A stretch of 64,000 nt of DNA from Octopus vulgaris (taxonomy: Eukaryota), in contig OX597829.1 in assembly GCA_951406725.2 (NCBI GenBank), forward strand, positions 31,434,001 through 31,498,000, read 5' to 3'. Positions 38,923 to 52,268 of this stretch are shown here, in pieces. The position numbers and the translations under genes are program-made. How positions within the stretch are numbered: the stretch's first letter is position 1; each line of letters opens with the position of its first letter. Under the pieces are notes generated by a model, which saw only the letters and a list, made by a program, of their open reading frames with translations, was not told the origin of the DNA and did no database searches.

Positions 38923-39540
38923 TAACCTTCGAACAGGGGAGGTCAGTAGCTTCCCCTTGCTAGTTCAATAGCCACAGACTAGTTTCGGAGTTTTTGCCCC
39001 TTCACAATGTGGTGTAGCTGAACCCAGGAGGCATCGTTGCTGACTCCCTGTTCGAAGGTTATTATGGACATAGGTTTGTGTATCACATACCTAGCTAGAG
39101 GCGAATGCCTCTTGGAGCTAATCAACGGCAGTATTCGTCCTATTTTCATGGACTGCCATGTTTGCTTGGCGATAACTATTAATATCCAGTACTGCTGCCG
39201 TAGTTTCCTTTAGAGAGATTTAGAAATATCAATATTTCTATTTTTGAAAACCAGTGGATGTGTTCCATTGAATATATATAAATAAACCTTCTAACAGACA
39301 GTCAGCAGTGACGCCTCTTGGGTTCAGCTACTCCACATTGATAAGGCGCAAGTACCCCAAAACTAGTCTGTGGATGTTGAACCAGCAAGGGAAAGCTGCT
39401 GATCTCCCCTGTTCGAAGGTTGTAATGGACACAGGTTTGTGTGTCACATAGCTAGCTAGAGGCGATAGCCTCTTGAAGCTAATCAACGGCAGCATTCTTC
39501 CTATTTTCCTGGACTACCATGTTAGTTTGGCGATAACTAA
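38923..39540. mobile_element. Rearranged repeat cluster with degenerate hammerhead motifs (probably Penelope terminal-repeat derived)
   Basis: 38923-39045 is inverted relative to 39300-39420; 39045-39180 is a direct repeat of 39405-39540; another copy lies at 51630-51850. Confidence 0.75.
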
Positions 39541-39551
39541 TAATAATAATA

Positions 39552-39614
<63 letters not shown>

Positions 39615-39617
<3 letters not shown>

Positions 39618-40363
39618 CTTGGTTTATGTGGAGACAAAAATTTTGATAAATCATTCTATAGTTATGATTTACATCAACATAATAAATACATATAACACAA
39701 AATTACAGCAAGACAAGGAACATATCGATATATTATTTAGAATAGAAATAAGAATTATATGAGGTAAAAAATATACGTAAAAAGGATAAAGAGATAAAGG
39801 GTGATAATCGATTAAAAACAAGGTTACATTTAAGATTAAAAAACGCTGAATTAAGGTACCTGATGGTGTAGCCGAACATAATGTAACCTAAAATTTTCTT
39901 TTCTCTTACATTTCTTCAAACTTAATTATCTATTTACTTATTCCTGATGGAAGGGACATTGTCAGTGTAAAACTAAAGGATTCATACCTTGTTGACTAAT
40001 GGACTCCAGAAACGGCCGTCAAAATGCATCTTATATGGTGCTATAACTCTCTGTAAACATCTCTTTGGAACTCCTCTAAACCTTTAAATCCATCATTAGG
40101 ATTTCTCACTGCCGTCGGTGTAATCCTTAATTCAACGTTTTTTTAACCTTAAATGTAATATGATTTTTAATCGATATATCACCCTTTATTTATTTATCCT
40201 TTTTATGTATATTTTTACCTCATATAATTCTTATTTCTATTCTAAATAATATATTGATATGGTCCTTGTCTTGGTTATCTATTGTGTTATATGTATTATG
40301 CTGATGTAAATCATAACTATAGGATGGTTTATCCAAATTTTTGTCAATTCTTAAACCAAGTTA
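39615..40363. mobile_element. Foldback element with ~250-bp inverted arms and a hammerhead-like motif in the spacer
   Basis: taacttggttta...tgaattaagg (39615-39856) is the reverse complement of ccttaattca...taaaccaagtta (40125-40363). Confidence 0.85.
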
Positions 40364-40697
40364 TATAATGTCTAGCGTCTCGGGCTCTACTTGATTACTT
40401 CCAAACAAACAATTGTGTAAAAAAGTTTGGGGGGAAATAAAAAACAGGATTTATATATATTTAATAGTAGGGAATATAATTACAATTTTACAGGGAAAAA
40501 TTCAATTTAGCAATTCTAAATCAAATTTCACAATATATAATACATGTATATAATTTAGATAAAAACCTCTATTAAGCAATAGTGAAAGACGTTATTCACA
40601 CCATATAGAAAAAAATTAAATATATATAGAAAAAAATTAAATATACTATAAAAATATAAATATACTATAAAAAACATTATTCTAAAAACCAATAAAG

Positions 40698-40729
<32 letters not shown>

Positions 40730-40752
40730 TGATGCATGTATGTCTGTCTGTA

Positions 40753-40791
<39 letters not shown>

Positions 40792-40972
40792 AAAACTGCA
40801 ATAGGAATTCTTAATGGCACGTTTCATACTTAACAGCGAGAGAGAATTTGCAAGATCTATTACTTATATCGAGCACTCCAAATATTTAACAATACAAAAG
40901 TCTCAATTGACAAATAGCTCTCCGTCTATTTCGCCGATGAGTGCTCGTTTATTATTGTTGTTGTTATTATTA

Positions 40973-41060
<88 letters not shown>

Positions 41061-41089
41061 TTTTAATCTGCGTATTTGCTACAGTCACT

Positions 41090-41415
41090 TGCCGAGACAC
41101 ACCCAGCGTCTTGGGGCGAGTGAAGGATAAGCGATGTTACACTATGACTTAGGGAGGGGAAATAGCGAAATATCTTCATGTAATACAACACAGACATTTA
41201 AATGGATAGGTTTTTTTCTATGGATGCGGGCAGTACTTGTCAGTACAATCTTTTGGATTTCTCTGAAACATGGTTCTTCTGGGATCTTATCTAGATGTTT
41301 CTGTCATCCCTTCCCTGTCTTTAATAATTATGTCTGATCGATTAGCCTGGATCATTCTGTCAGTGTTGACTGGAAAATCCCAGAGGATTATGACATTTGT
41401 ACCTTCAACGACTGG
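41090..41415 (-). mobile_element. R4/Dong-like 3' fragment between (ATT)n tracts
   Basis: Minus strand ILWDFP...DRMIQANRSDIIIKD and EIQKIVLTSTARI. Confidence 0.75.
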
Positions 41416-41416
41416 C

Positions 41417-41479
<63 letters not shown>

Positions 41480-41529
41480 GACTATATAGAACAGAGGTAA
41501 CTCATTCAGAAATTATACACAAATAAATA

Positions 41530-41632
41530 GAGTAAGGGTTTTGTCAACATCAGCATTATTAGTTCTCTTTGGGTATTTGCTATTGGGAGATTTTTCTTAC
41601 CATTTATCATTGAGAATATTTAGGGCAGTAGT
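41530..41632 (-). mobile_element. Short fragment of the same element as 29370-30465
   Basis: Reverse-complement similarity to 29482-29582. Confidence 0.7.
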
Positions 41633-41658
41633 TGTTGTTACTATTATTGTTATTGTTG

Positions 41659-41689
<31 letters not shown>

Positions 41690-41691
41690 CA

Positions 41692-41752
<61 letters not shown>

Positions 41753-41754
41753 GG

Positions 41755-41960
41755 GAATCAGGTCTCGAGGAGTAGGCAGTTCATTCCAGGCGAAGCTTTT
41801 ATGGGACAGGAACTTTGGGTCTGCTGTATAAGCCTGTATAGACTTTGGAACTCCTGGGACAGAGATGGAGCGGCACACTCAAGGGTTTCCCCAGATGGCA
41901 CATATTCTAGCTGCGCCACTGTTGTTGCGTAATCTCCATGTTAGCCTGACAAGTAAAAGC
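41755..41960 (-). mobile_element. Possible CR1/L2-type LINE 3' fragment
   Basis: FLSHKSFAWNELP resembles the conserved ...WN.LP C-terminal motif of CR1/L2 ORF2. Confidence 0.35.
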
Positions 41961-42859
41961 TTTTATAAAAAGTATTCCAGCCGTGACAATCCAGTTTTAA
42001 TTATATTTATTGTTGGTTTGTTTTCTTGGTTTGGTTTTACTCTGCTTTTGGTTTTTCTTTTGTGCTTTCTTTACACGCATAGTTAATTAATTACCAAGTA
42101 ATTTCAATGTTCTGGAGAAGGATGGGGTTTCAGGGTAAGTCGTTTTCTATTTCTAATGCGTTAACATAAACTTCTCCAATAAGACAACCGAAGATAAATG
42201 TGCGCGCGTGTGCGTGTATGTGCATATGTGTGTTAGAGTGTATGTGTGTGTGAGTGTGTGTGCTTGTATACATGTGTATATGAAGAGTGTTGAACACAAT
42301 ATGTGTGAAGAAGTCCGGAGAAGCGAATGAGTCAAGTGTGACCACAAAGCTAATCATTCACGTGGAAGAGAGACCATTATAGTTGTTGTAGAAATGACAG
42401 AGGAAGTGGAAACAGCACGAGTGTAAGCAAGAATCTGGAGTGTGATTCTGAGCGACTCTATGCTAATTTGTCGAGTGGCCTTTATTTGAATGTACCCTAA
42501 TTTCAGTACCGGTGGCCATTGCTGATGTAGGGACCTGGGCTCTCTTGTGGGTGTCAACTGAGCTTTTTAGAGGCTTAGTAATTAACAGGGGCAGAAGCAC
42601 TTCTGACCCTAAGAACAAACATCTGTCACTGTGATGCGACCTGAGAGATGTTAAGGATGTGCTTTCGTTTCGGTGATAGTGAGGTGGCCTAGCACAGGGA
42701 GCGACTGTGAGGGCTGTATTTGTTTGCTTCTAGTGATTAAGAGAGTGTGGTGAGGTGCGATGAGGTCTACTTTGATATAAGTAGTTCCTCTGACATTTTG
42801 TATTGAAACTAAAACACCAGGCATATAGCAAGAATCGTATAACATTTCTGGAGGGGTTT

Positions 42860-43150
42860 CGTATACATTCGCTGCTTTTTTTCCAAGGAATGTAATGTTC
42901 TTAGCTTATTTTTCCTTGGGGTTGGCCAGACTGGAGCAATCTCGAGTATAACCAGCTGAAATTGCAAAGATAATCTGGAACTCGACTAAGGATAGAAAAC
43001 TCCGAATGATCCATCCTTGTTTTCCTTGCATCGTCTGTCTTGATATTTTGTTTTTCCTTTTTTTGTTTCACCTAACTGTCTAAATGTTTGCGTTCTTGTC
43101 TCATTTCTGTATTTTTTTCTATGATTTAAGAGAATTTGGCTGCTTTGCTC
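42860..43150 (+). repeat. Interspersed repeat, copy 1 of 2
   Basis: cttagctta.ttttccttggggttggccaga.tggagcaatctcgagtataaccagctgaaat is shared with 62850-63100. Confidence 0.85.
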
Positions 43151-43734
43151 TTCCAAGCATGCTGAACGACCTCTAACAGGCTTCGTCACTGACGCGTTGG
43201 TCATTGTTGAATATCATCTTGTGTTTGACATTTCCCTGAAGCCATGCTAGAAGCACTCATTTTGTGGTCTTGTTTCATCCGTTTCTATGACCACCAGCAC
43301 CGCCGCCACCAGTAACACCACCATCACTTTCAACACTAACACCATCACCAGTACCACTACCACTACTAAAATCGTAAGTCATTCTGAAATCGTAAATTTA
43401 CAGGCTGCAATCCGATCGTCGTACGAAAACAACACCATAACACATGCACATATAGCGGAATTTTATGCTTTTGCTTGTTTTAAAAGCAACATCGATACGA
43501 TTGGTTACTGGCAGGAGACTGCAGTTAATGAAATTGACTTTGTTTTATTGTACAAAACAAAACAAAAAATTCAGTTTATTAGTTGTTTACAAATATTATC
43601 AGAGACGAATAAACACATACAAGAAAATCCCAGCAAGAAAAAGATGCAAGCAGCTTAAATGTAATTATTTATACAACATGGTATAATATAGATTTCAAAT
43701 GTCTTTTAAAACGGGACATTTTAATAAATCAGAG

Positions 43735-43773
43735 AGGATTTGGTAGACGGAAACTGAAAAGAAGCCTGTCGTA

Positions 43774-43820
<47 letters not shown>

Positions 43821-44042
43821 GTATATGTATGTGTGTTTGTGTGTCTGTGTTTGTCCCCCTAGCATTGCTTGACAACCGATGCTGGTGTGTTTATGTCCCC
43901 GTCACTTAGCGGTTCGGCAAAAAGAGACCGATAGAATTAGTACTGGGCTTACAAATAATAAGTCCCGGGGTCGATTTGCTCGACTAAAGGCGGTGCTCCA
44001 GCATGGCCGCAGTCAAATGACTGAAACAAGTAAAAGAAAAAA
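43735..44042 (+). mobile_element. SINE family A, 5'-truncated, with an internal (TA)n/(TG)n tract
   Basis: ggatttggtagacggaaactgaa...(TA)n...gcttgacaaccgatgctgg...gactgaaacaagtaaaag. Confidence 0.9.
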
Positions 44043-44169
44043 AAAAATACCAGATGCCGCACAAACACACATAAACACACATGCACACCAAATGTTTAAT
44101 GAACTGAAATTCGTCTATAAGTTTGAGAGATAGAGGAAAGAAAACGGACAGACAGACAGACAAACAGAC

Positions 44170-44236
<67 letters not shown>

Positions 44237-44542
44237 AGGGGGGAAGGAAAAGAAGGAAGGACTAGCGTCAGTTGTTAGTAAAAAGAAAGGAGTATATAAT
44301 TTCAAGAGATTGTGAATTTAACTTCACGGAACTTCTTTTTAATTTTCGTGCTTCATAGTGACACTTGTTTGACAAGTGACTTGATCTGTTAGTTCAAAAC
44401 ATGAGACAATTATTTCGAGAAATAGCCATTTTTAGATATTTAGGGAACACAATGAACTGTTTCATTTATGCTTCGTATATTTCTAAATAGTATTGTTTAT
44501 TTCAAAACATCAAAATTCAAAACAAAATATATAAAAGCAGAT

Positions 44543-45103
<561 letters not shown>

Positions 45104-45104
45104 G

Positions 45105-46335
45105 AGAAACAGGAACGTTATGCAGTGTACCCTGATACTGTGGTGGGTGGACATGCAGGGGAAATGAACCAACTAGATAATGAATTGCTTGAAATTCAAA
45201 GACGACTCACCGATTTGATGAATTCTCTAGAAGAAAAAATCCCCATGAATATGAGAAGGGTAGATAGGAGTATGATAAATAAAGTATCACAAAAGATGAA
45301 TACTGTCATACCATACATCAAGGCGGAGGACATAACACAAACAAGGAATCTTCTCCAAGCTATTGCACTACTTGTTGAGGAGAAATTACAACTTAAGAGA
45401 ACAAAAATTGGCGGAGCAAAAGAACCATGGTGGAAACGACGCTTTGGAAGGGACATAATACGAGTAAGGCAAGATCTAGGAAAAATTGAGCAATGGTTAA
45501 GAGGAAACTGGAAAAATGGGAAAAAGACCGACCGAGAAAAATTAGAGAAGAAATATAAAATACAGAAGAACGGGTTTGATGCAGCAATAGAGCAGTTAAA
45601 ACAGAGGATGATGGCAAAAAGCCAGAAGATCAGAAGATTTGTGAACAGAAATAAGCAGTTCGAGGAGAACAGATTGGTAAAAAATAACCCGAAGCAATTC
45701 TTTTTAACGTTAGAAAGAGACAATGGGGGAAAATGTTGCTTCTGATACAAATCAAGCTAAGGAGAGTTGTGGAGCGGATTATGGGGAAACAATGTGGTGG
45801 ATAAAAGGCGTTTAATGTGGATAGGAACTATCAATACAGAATTATAAGGAGGTAAGAAACAAAGGAATACTGTCATAAGCACGGTTGACGTGAAAAAACA
45901 AGTGGGTAAAGTGCCTAACTGGAAAGTTCCCGGACTAGATGGGATTCATGGCTTTTGGCTGAAGAGATTCTACGCGGTGCATGAGAGACCAACAGCCCAA
46001 TTGAATGGTACAGTCCACGCTGGGATGGTGACTGGAAGGACAACACTTATAGTGAAAGATAGAAGAAAGGGGAATATTGTGGGAAGCTACCGTCCCATAG
46101 CATGCCTAAACATAATCTGGAAGGTACTCACTGGAATATGCGCGGCAAAGACATACTTTCCTGGCACAGGAAGAAATACTGCCAAAGGAACAAAAAGAAT
46201 GTAGGAAGAGTTCTCAGAGTACTAAGAATCACTGGTCATCGATAAAATATTTTGAGGCATTGTAAAAAAACGTCATACAAATATGTCTATGGCTTGGATT
46301 GACTTTAAGAAAGCATATGATATGATGCCTCCAGT
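45105..46335 (+). mobile_element. Degenerate R4/Dong-like LINE, N-terminal region and first RT motifs
   Basis: PWWKRR, PNWKVPGLDGIHGFWLK, YRPIACLNIIWK and MAWIDFKKAYDM across frameshifts. Confidence 0.88.
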
Positions 46336-46487
46336 TTGTGCAGTGGTGGCTCGAGAGTCAGTACATATAAGAGAGACAAGAAAGGGAAAGCTTGCCGGAG
46401 AGAGCGCGATGTTGTATGGCGCTGAGAGGCAACCGTTCTCTCTGACCACTGAACGGATATCGCTATGCGTTGCAGCGATCCAGCCCC

Positions 46488-46524
<37 letters not shown>

Positions 46525-47553
46525 AATAAAGACATTGGCAGACCATAATATTTTGGATACTTTAGAGTCGAAGTATGAAGGAATTAAAAACAGGAGTGAA
46601 GGAGTTTTTGTACAGAAGCTATTATATACTTAAAATTATATACATGACTGTGTGCAAAACCTCTGCCCAACTGGTACTAGAAATGGAGGAAAAAACTTAT
46701 AAGCATATTGTGAGAGTGTGCGCAGCTGTCAGAATGCCCGGGTACTTGTACAGGTGATTGGACATTTAGTTTGTTTTCGTGATAGAGCGTTTTAGCACTA
46801 GAGACAAACACCATTCCCCGCCACACACACACACACAAACACACACAAACGTGTGCACGTGCGTGGGCACGTGCAGAAATAAGCTGATACAGATAGAAAG
46901 ATTGAGAGAAGCAGGGGACAGAGATTTCAGTTTATCGACTGAACGCGATTGATGACATAAACACTTTCCTTTTCCTTAAGCTCTCAACGAGAAATTGTCC
47001 ACACATTACAGAGAGATGGGGGGGGAAGAACGAAAGAAACCTCAAAATGTCTGAATCAACAACACCAGGCAGTGTAAAACGTCTCATAACTACATACAAA
47101 TAGACTACTCCAATATTGTCGAATACAGTTCAGTCATTGACTTGGTCTAACTGAATTCACGGTCACCCAGCAAGCACAAGACAGAAGCATTGCTAGATGC
47201 CCGAGGTAGAATATGTTCTTTTTCTAGTTCAATCTTAGGTCGTACTTAAACGCTAAAGTTATAACAGCCATTCACATTTTTGCTTCTCGAATTCATAACC
47301 TTAGAAGAATTCTAGTGTGACATGTCTGCTGGTAGTTGAGAGGCTACAAAATTATTCTATGATTCTCATATTATACGAGGGGAAATAAATAATGTTAACA
47401 TTTCCACAAAACTTGATAAATATCATTTCTGACGTCAAAAATGGCTAAGCACGTTTGATGTAGTTGACAAAACGGTTGAATAGTGACCAATAGGTGCCTA
47501 GTTCGACTCCTATGGCAGAATATTTTTCTGCCATAGACCGTATTTCTACACGC

Positions 47554-47586
<33 letters not shown>

Positions 47587-47939
47587 ATGTGTGTGTGTGT
47601 TTGTGTGTGTACATACACACACACATGTATATATACATATATGTTTGTGTAGGTGTGTGACGGGTGTGTCGGCCAGACATAGATGTAAGGTGTGCAATAC
47701 ATACCTAAGATAGATAAGTCAGTACAAATAAGTAATGAGATCTTACATATTTTTAATGGGAGGTAGCTAAAGAGAGGTTATATACATGTCATGTGTCTTG
47801 CACACATGCCTGTGTATATATACGCACGCGCGTGTGTGTACGTACGTACGCATGTATGTATGCATGTATGTATAGATGACCTCAACCGTCTACGTATTTA
47901 TATATAAGTATATATATATTTATATATATTTCTTAATTG

Positions 47940-48347
47940 CCCACAGGGGCTAGACATAGATGGGACAAACAAGGACAGACAAACGGATTAAGTCGATTAC
48001 ATCGACTCCAGTGCGTAAATGGTACTTGTTTAATCGCCCCACAAAAAAAAGGATGAAAGGCAAAGTCGACCTCGGCGGAATTTGAACTCAGAACGTAGCG
48101 GCAGACCAAATACCTATTTCTTTACTTCCCAAAAGGGGCTAAACACAGAGAGGACAAACAATGACAGACAAACGGATTAATTTGATTATATCGACCTCAG
48201 TGCGTAACTGGTACTTAATTTATCGACCCCGAAAGGATGAAAGGCAAAGTCGACCCCGGTGGAATTTGAAACTCAGAACGTAACGGCAGACGAAATACTG
48301 CTAAGCATTTCGTCCGGTGTGCTAACGATTCTGCCAGCTCGCTGCCC
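47940..48347 (-). mobile_element. SINE family B with a tandemly duplicated body
   Basis: Two ~190-bp units (47940-48115 and 48128-48300) share one head at ~48347. Confidence 0.85.
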
Positions 48348-48429
48348 TTTTATAGAAGTGAACGTTTAAGATAAAAATAAGTCGCACCTCTGTGTGTGTA
48401 TGTGTGTGTGATTGTATGTGTACGTATGC

Positions 48430-48471
<42 letters not shown>

Positions 48472-48924
48472 ATACGCACACATACACACACATACACACA
48501 CAGAGGTGCAAATTCTATTAAAGTCACGTCAGTTTAAGGATAGGTGTCTGAATTTCATCACATGCATGCATGCAAATCACCATTTGTTTCAACAAGCCTT
48601 CATAATCCCGTACATCTTACATTCATTATCTTGTGTATGTCTATATGTGTTTGTATGTGTGTCTAACTATACACACACACAAACACACACACACACAAAC
48701 ACATCCATACACATGCACATACACATACCTCTGTGTCTTCGTGTTAAACTCTGTAACGCTACATGACACATATTTCACGAAATACAAGTGAGTTATGTAA
48801 CAAAATGTCTGCCGAAAACTTTAACCGTAACAAAAGTGTTTACAAAGTATGAAATAATTGGAACTGCAAAATAAGTCTATAGAGTGAAAGGATAAACGAT
48901 AAGAGTTAACTTCTGAAACAAGGT

Positions 48925-49075
<151 letters not shown>

Positions 49076-49130
49076 AAAATGAGGATTCAGATAGAATGAG
49101 GTACTTGAAAAGATATGTATCAGGCAGAGT

Positions 49131-49500
49131 GGAGGCGCAATGGCCCAGTGGTTAGGGCAGCGGACTCGCGGTCATAGGATCGCGGTTTCGATTCCCAGAC
49201 CGGGCGTTGTGAGTGTTTATTGAGCGAAAACACCTAAAGCTCCACGAGGCTCCGGCAGGGATGGTGGTGATCCCTGCTGTACTCTTTCACCACAACTTTC
49301 TCTCACTCTTACTTCCTGTTTCTGTTGTACCTGTATTTCAAAGGGCCGGCCTTGTCACTCTCTGTGTCACGCTGAATATCCCCGAGAACTACGTTAAGGG
49401 TACACGTGTCTGTACACGTTAATTTCACGAGCAGGCTGTTCCGTTGATCGGATCAACCGGAACCCTCATCGTCGTTACCGACGGAGTGCTTCCATTCCAT
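49131..49500 (+). mobile_element. Full-length tRNA-derived SINE family D with target-site duplication
   Basis: A box tggcccagtgg, B box gtttcgattcc, (ttcca)n tail; caggcagagt duplicated at 49121-49130 and 49505-49514. Confidence 0.9.
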
Positions 49501-49640
49501 GCACCAGGCAGAGTTGGATAAACCTGTGGTTCCGGCCTATGGTTGGTATGTATCAAAAGGAATATTCCCGTTGTGAACACAGAGAAAACGAACCCGATGA
49601 GTATTTAGCACGTAGCGGGTGGAGATACACAGCAGCTAAT

Positions 49641-50082
49641 GGGTGGAGATACACAGAATTTGGGGACTATTCTGTGGATATTGGTTGAAAGTTGGGAGAG
49701 GGTACAAAAGCAACTGAATGATTTAACTTTTAAGGAATTGTAGTGTTAAGTACGAATGATTTATCTGGTTGAGTAGAAAGATGTAAAGTGTTGATTTAGA
49801 TATGAATATGTATAGGGCTTAGTGGAGACCGCTTGTAATATTAGGATATGTTAGTCTGGAGAGGAAAAAAACCTGGTAGTAATAGTAGAGTATTACTTAT
49901 CATTAAGGAATTTAAAGAAAGAGGGTGTTATATGATAAACTGCACTTAGTACGGATAAATCATTCGCGCTTAACACTACAATTCCTTACAAGTTAGAACT
50001 TATTATTCAATTGTCTTCGCACCCTCCCCCAACTTTCAATCAATATCCACAGAATACCACTAAATTCTGGGTATCTCCATCC
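49641..50082. mobile_element. Diverged foldback/MITE-like element with ~145-bp inverted arms
   Basis: tattctgtggatattggttgaaagttggg pairs with cccaactttcaatcaatatccacagaata; aaggaattgtagtgttaag pairs with cttaacactacaattcctt. Confidence 0.8.
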
Positions 50083-50642
50083 TCCTCCCTTTGTCCTTTA
50101 GCGTTAGGTAGCGAATCCTAAACCCCGACCCTATGCCTAATTAGCTTGTATGCATTTATTTTTCTCCACCTTTACTTTTGGTTTCTTTATACTTTCTTTA
50201 TCCTTAATTTATCTTAGCTCCTCTCTCAGCTGCTCACTGCTCTAAGCCTACTATAAGAAAATATCACCTACACTTCACTCCAGCCTACCTAAGAACCAGT
50301 GTAGCTGACTCCTATCTCACCCGAGTCACTAACCTTAGATATCACATTACACCCTTTCACAAACTATATAGTTTGTGAAATGATGTAATGTGAAATCTTA
50401 ACCTCAACTGCCTAAAAAGTTGGCAGTTGAATCTCCCATTTCATATTTGGCCCCAACAAACTTCAGCCACGTCCCTGCTGTATTCTTGAGATATTCTTTG
50501 TCTGATGATTATGGTTTTTTGCACTGGAGTAATGGTCTTATTCTTTTATTAAAAGATGCTTAAGAAACAGCTGAAACGAGCTGGCAATTATCCATCGCAT
50601 GTTATTATTCATTCGACTATATATATATATGCTTTTATATGT

Positions 50643-50980
50643 GAAGGCGCATGGCTCAGTGGTTAGAGCGTCGAGCTTACGATCGTGAGGTTGTGAGCTC
50701 GAATCCCGGACCGGGCTGCGTGTTGTGTTCTTGAGCAAGGCACTTTATTTCACGTTGCTCCAGATCACTCAGCTGTAGAAATGAGTTGCAACGTCACAGG
50801 TGCCAAGCTGTATCGGCCTTTGTCTTTCCCTTGGATAACACTGGTGGCGTGGAGAGGGGAGGCTGGTATGCATGGGCGACTGCTGGCCTTCCATAAACAA
50901 CGTTGCCCGGACTTGTGTCTAGGAGGGTAACTTTCTAGGTGCAATCCCATGGTCATTCATGACCGAAGGGGGTCTTAAAA
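50643..50980 (+). mobile_element. Full-length tRNA-derived SINE family C (CORE-like centre) with target-site duplication
   Basis: A/B boxes and cttgagcaaggcactttatttcac; atatatgctttta duplicated at 50625-50637 and 50982-50994. Confidence 0.9.
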
Positions 50981-51093
50981 AATATATGCTTTTACTGTGA
51001 TGGGTTCTTTTTCTTTTGTTAAGCAGCATCGATTTTTACAATTCTGAAACTACAAACTAATTATAGTTCATAAAATCAGACATAAAGGAGCAT

Positions 51094-51170
51094 GACCGTA
51101 CATTGGTGTAAATGGTTAGCACACTTATCGCGAATAAAAAAGCGTTGGGGTTCGAGTCTCACACGTAGGG
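51094..51170 (+). pseudogene. Degenerate tRNA-like sequence (tRNA pseudogene or SINE head)
   Basis: A box tggtgtaaatggttagca and B box ggttcgagtc; acceptor and anticodon stems do not pair well. Confidence 0.5.
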
Positions 51171-51275
51171 GAAACCCTGCTTTTTCTCCGTCGAGGTTAT
51201 ATATGCCCCATTATTAGACTATTTTCTTTAGTCATTGCGCGGTGGTCGTTTATAAGCTTTTATTTTATAAAGTTC

Positions 51276-51344
<69 letters not shown>

Positions 51345-51366
51345 ATTTTAGATTATTGCAAGTCAG

Positions 51367-51412
51367 CCACTAAAAAACGTTGTTTCCGAGAACTAATTAT
51401 CTCATCAGGTGG
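51367..51412 (-). ncRNA. Minimal hammerhead ribozyme-like motif
   Basis: Minus strand CCAC-CTGATGA-gataattagttctcg-GAAAcaacgttttTTA-GTGG. Confidence 0.55.
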
Positions 51413-51629
51413 TGTAGAAAAGACTGAATTTCTTATGCATGGGCGAATATATATAATATATAGAGACAGACAGACAGATAACGTATTGAGTTCAAATCCT
51501 GTTGTAGAAGTTGAATTTGCCTTTCAACCTTCTGCAAGTCAATAATATATGTGTGTGTGTATATATATATATATAAATATCTTTATTTCTATTCTCTCTA
51601 AAGTAGACTACGGCGGCGTTACTGGATAT

Positions 51630-51850
51630 TAATAGTTATCGTCAAACTAACATGGCAGTCCAGATATATAGGACGAATGCTGCCGTTGATTAGCTTCAAG
51701 AGGCTATCGCCTATAGCTAGCTATGTGACACACAAACCTGTGTCTATTATAACCTTCGAACAGGGGAGGTCAGCAGCTTCCCCTTGCTGGTTCAACATCC
51801 ACAGACTAGTTTTGAGGTGTTTGCCTCATCAATGTGGAGTAGCCGAATCA
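51630..51850 (-). mobile_element. Another copy of the 38923-39540 repeat family
   Basis: Reverse complement of 39325-39540. Confidence 0.85.
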
Positions 51851-51858
51851 GCAGATAA

Positions 51859-51859
<1 letters not shown>

Positions 51860-51889
<30 letters not shown>

Positions 51890-52095
51890 TGTATGTATGT
51901 ATGTATGTATACATGTATGCATGAATGTATGTATGTATGTATGTATGTATGTATGTATGTATGTATGTATGTATGTACGTACGTACGTACGTATGTATGT
52001 ATGTACGTACGTACGTACGTACGTACGTACGTACGTACGTATGTATGTATGTATGTATGTATGTATGTACGTACGTACGTATGTATGTATGTACA
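51860..52095. repeat. (ATGT)n microsatellite with (ACGT)n blocks
   Basis: Direct inspection. Confidence 0.95.
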
Positions 52096-52208
52096 CACGC
52101 TTAGCACGGGGATAGTCCAAATTTAACCGAACCCCCACTAGCTAAATATCTTGAAGTTAGGTATGTAAATGATGGGTCTGTATGAATGTAGGGAAGGTTT
52201 GTCAGAGT

Positions 52209-52268
52209 GAGCACGAGGGGGCGGTAAGGAGCACGAGAGGGCGGTAAGGAGCACGAGGGGGCGGTAAG
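52209..52268. repeat. 3 x 20-bp GC-rich minisatellite containing GC-box-like GGGCGG
   Basis: gagcacgag(g/a)gggcggtaag three times. Confidence 0.9.

Noticed and set aside
51094-51170. Functional tRNA gene
   Set aside because: A and B boxes are present but the cloverleaf stems do not pair; listed only as a tRNA-like relic.
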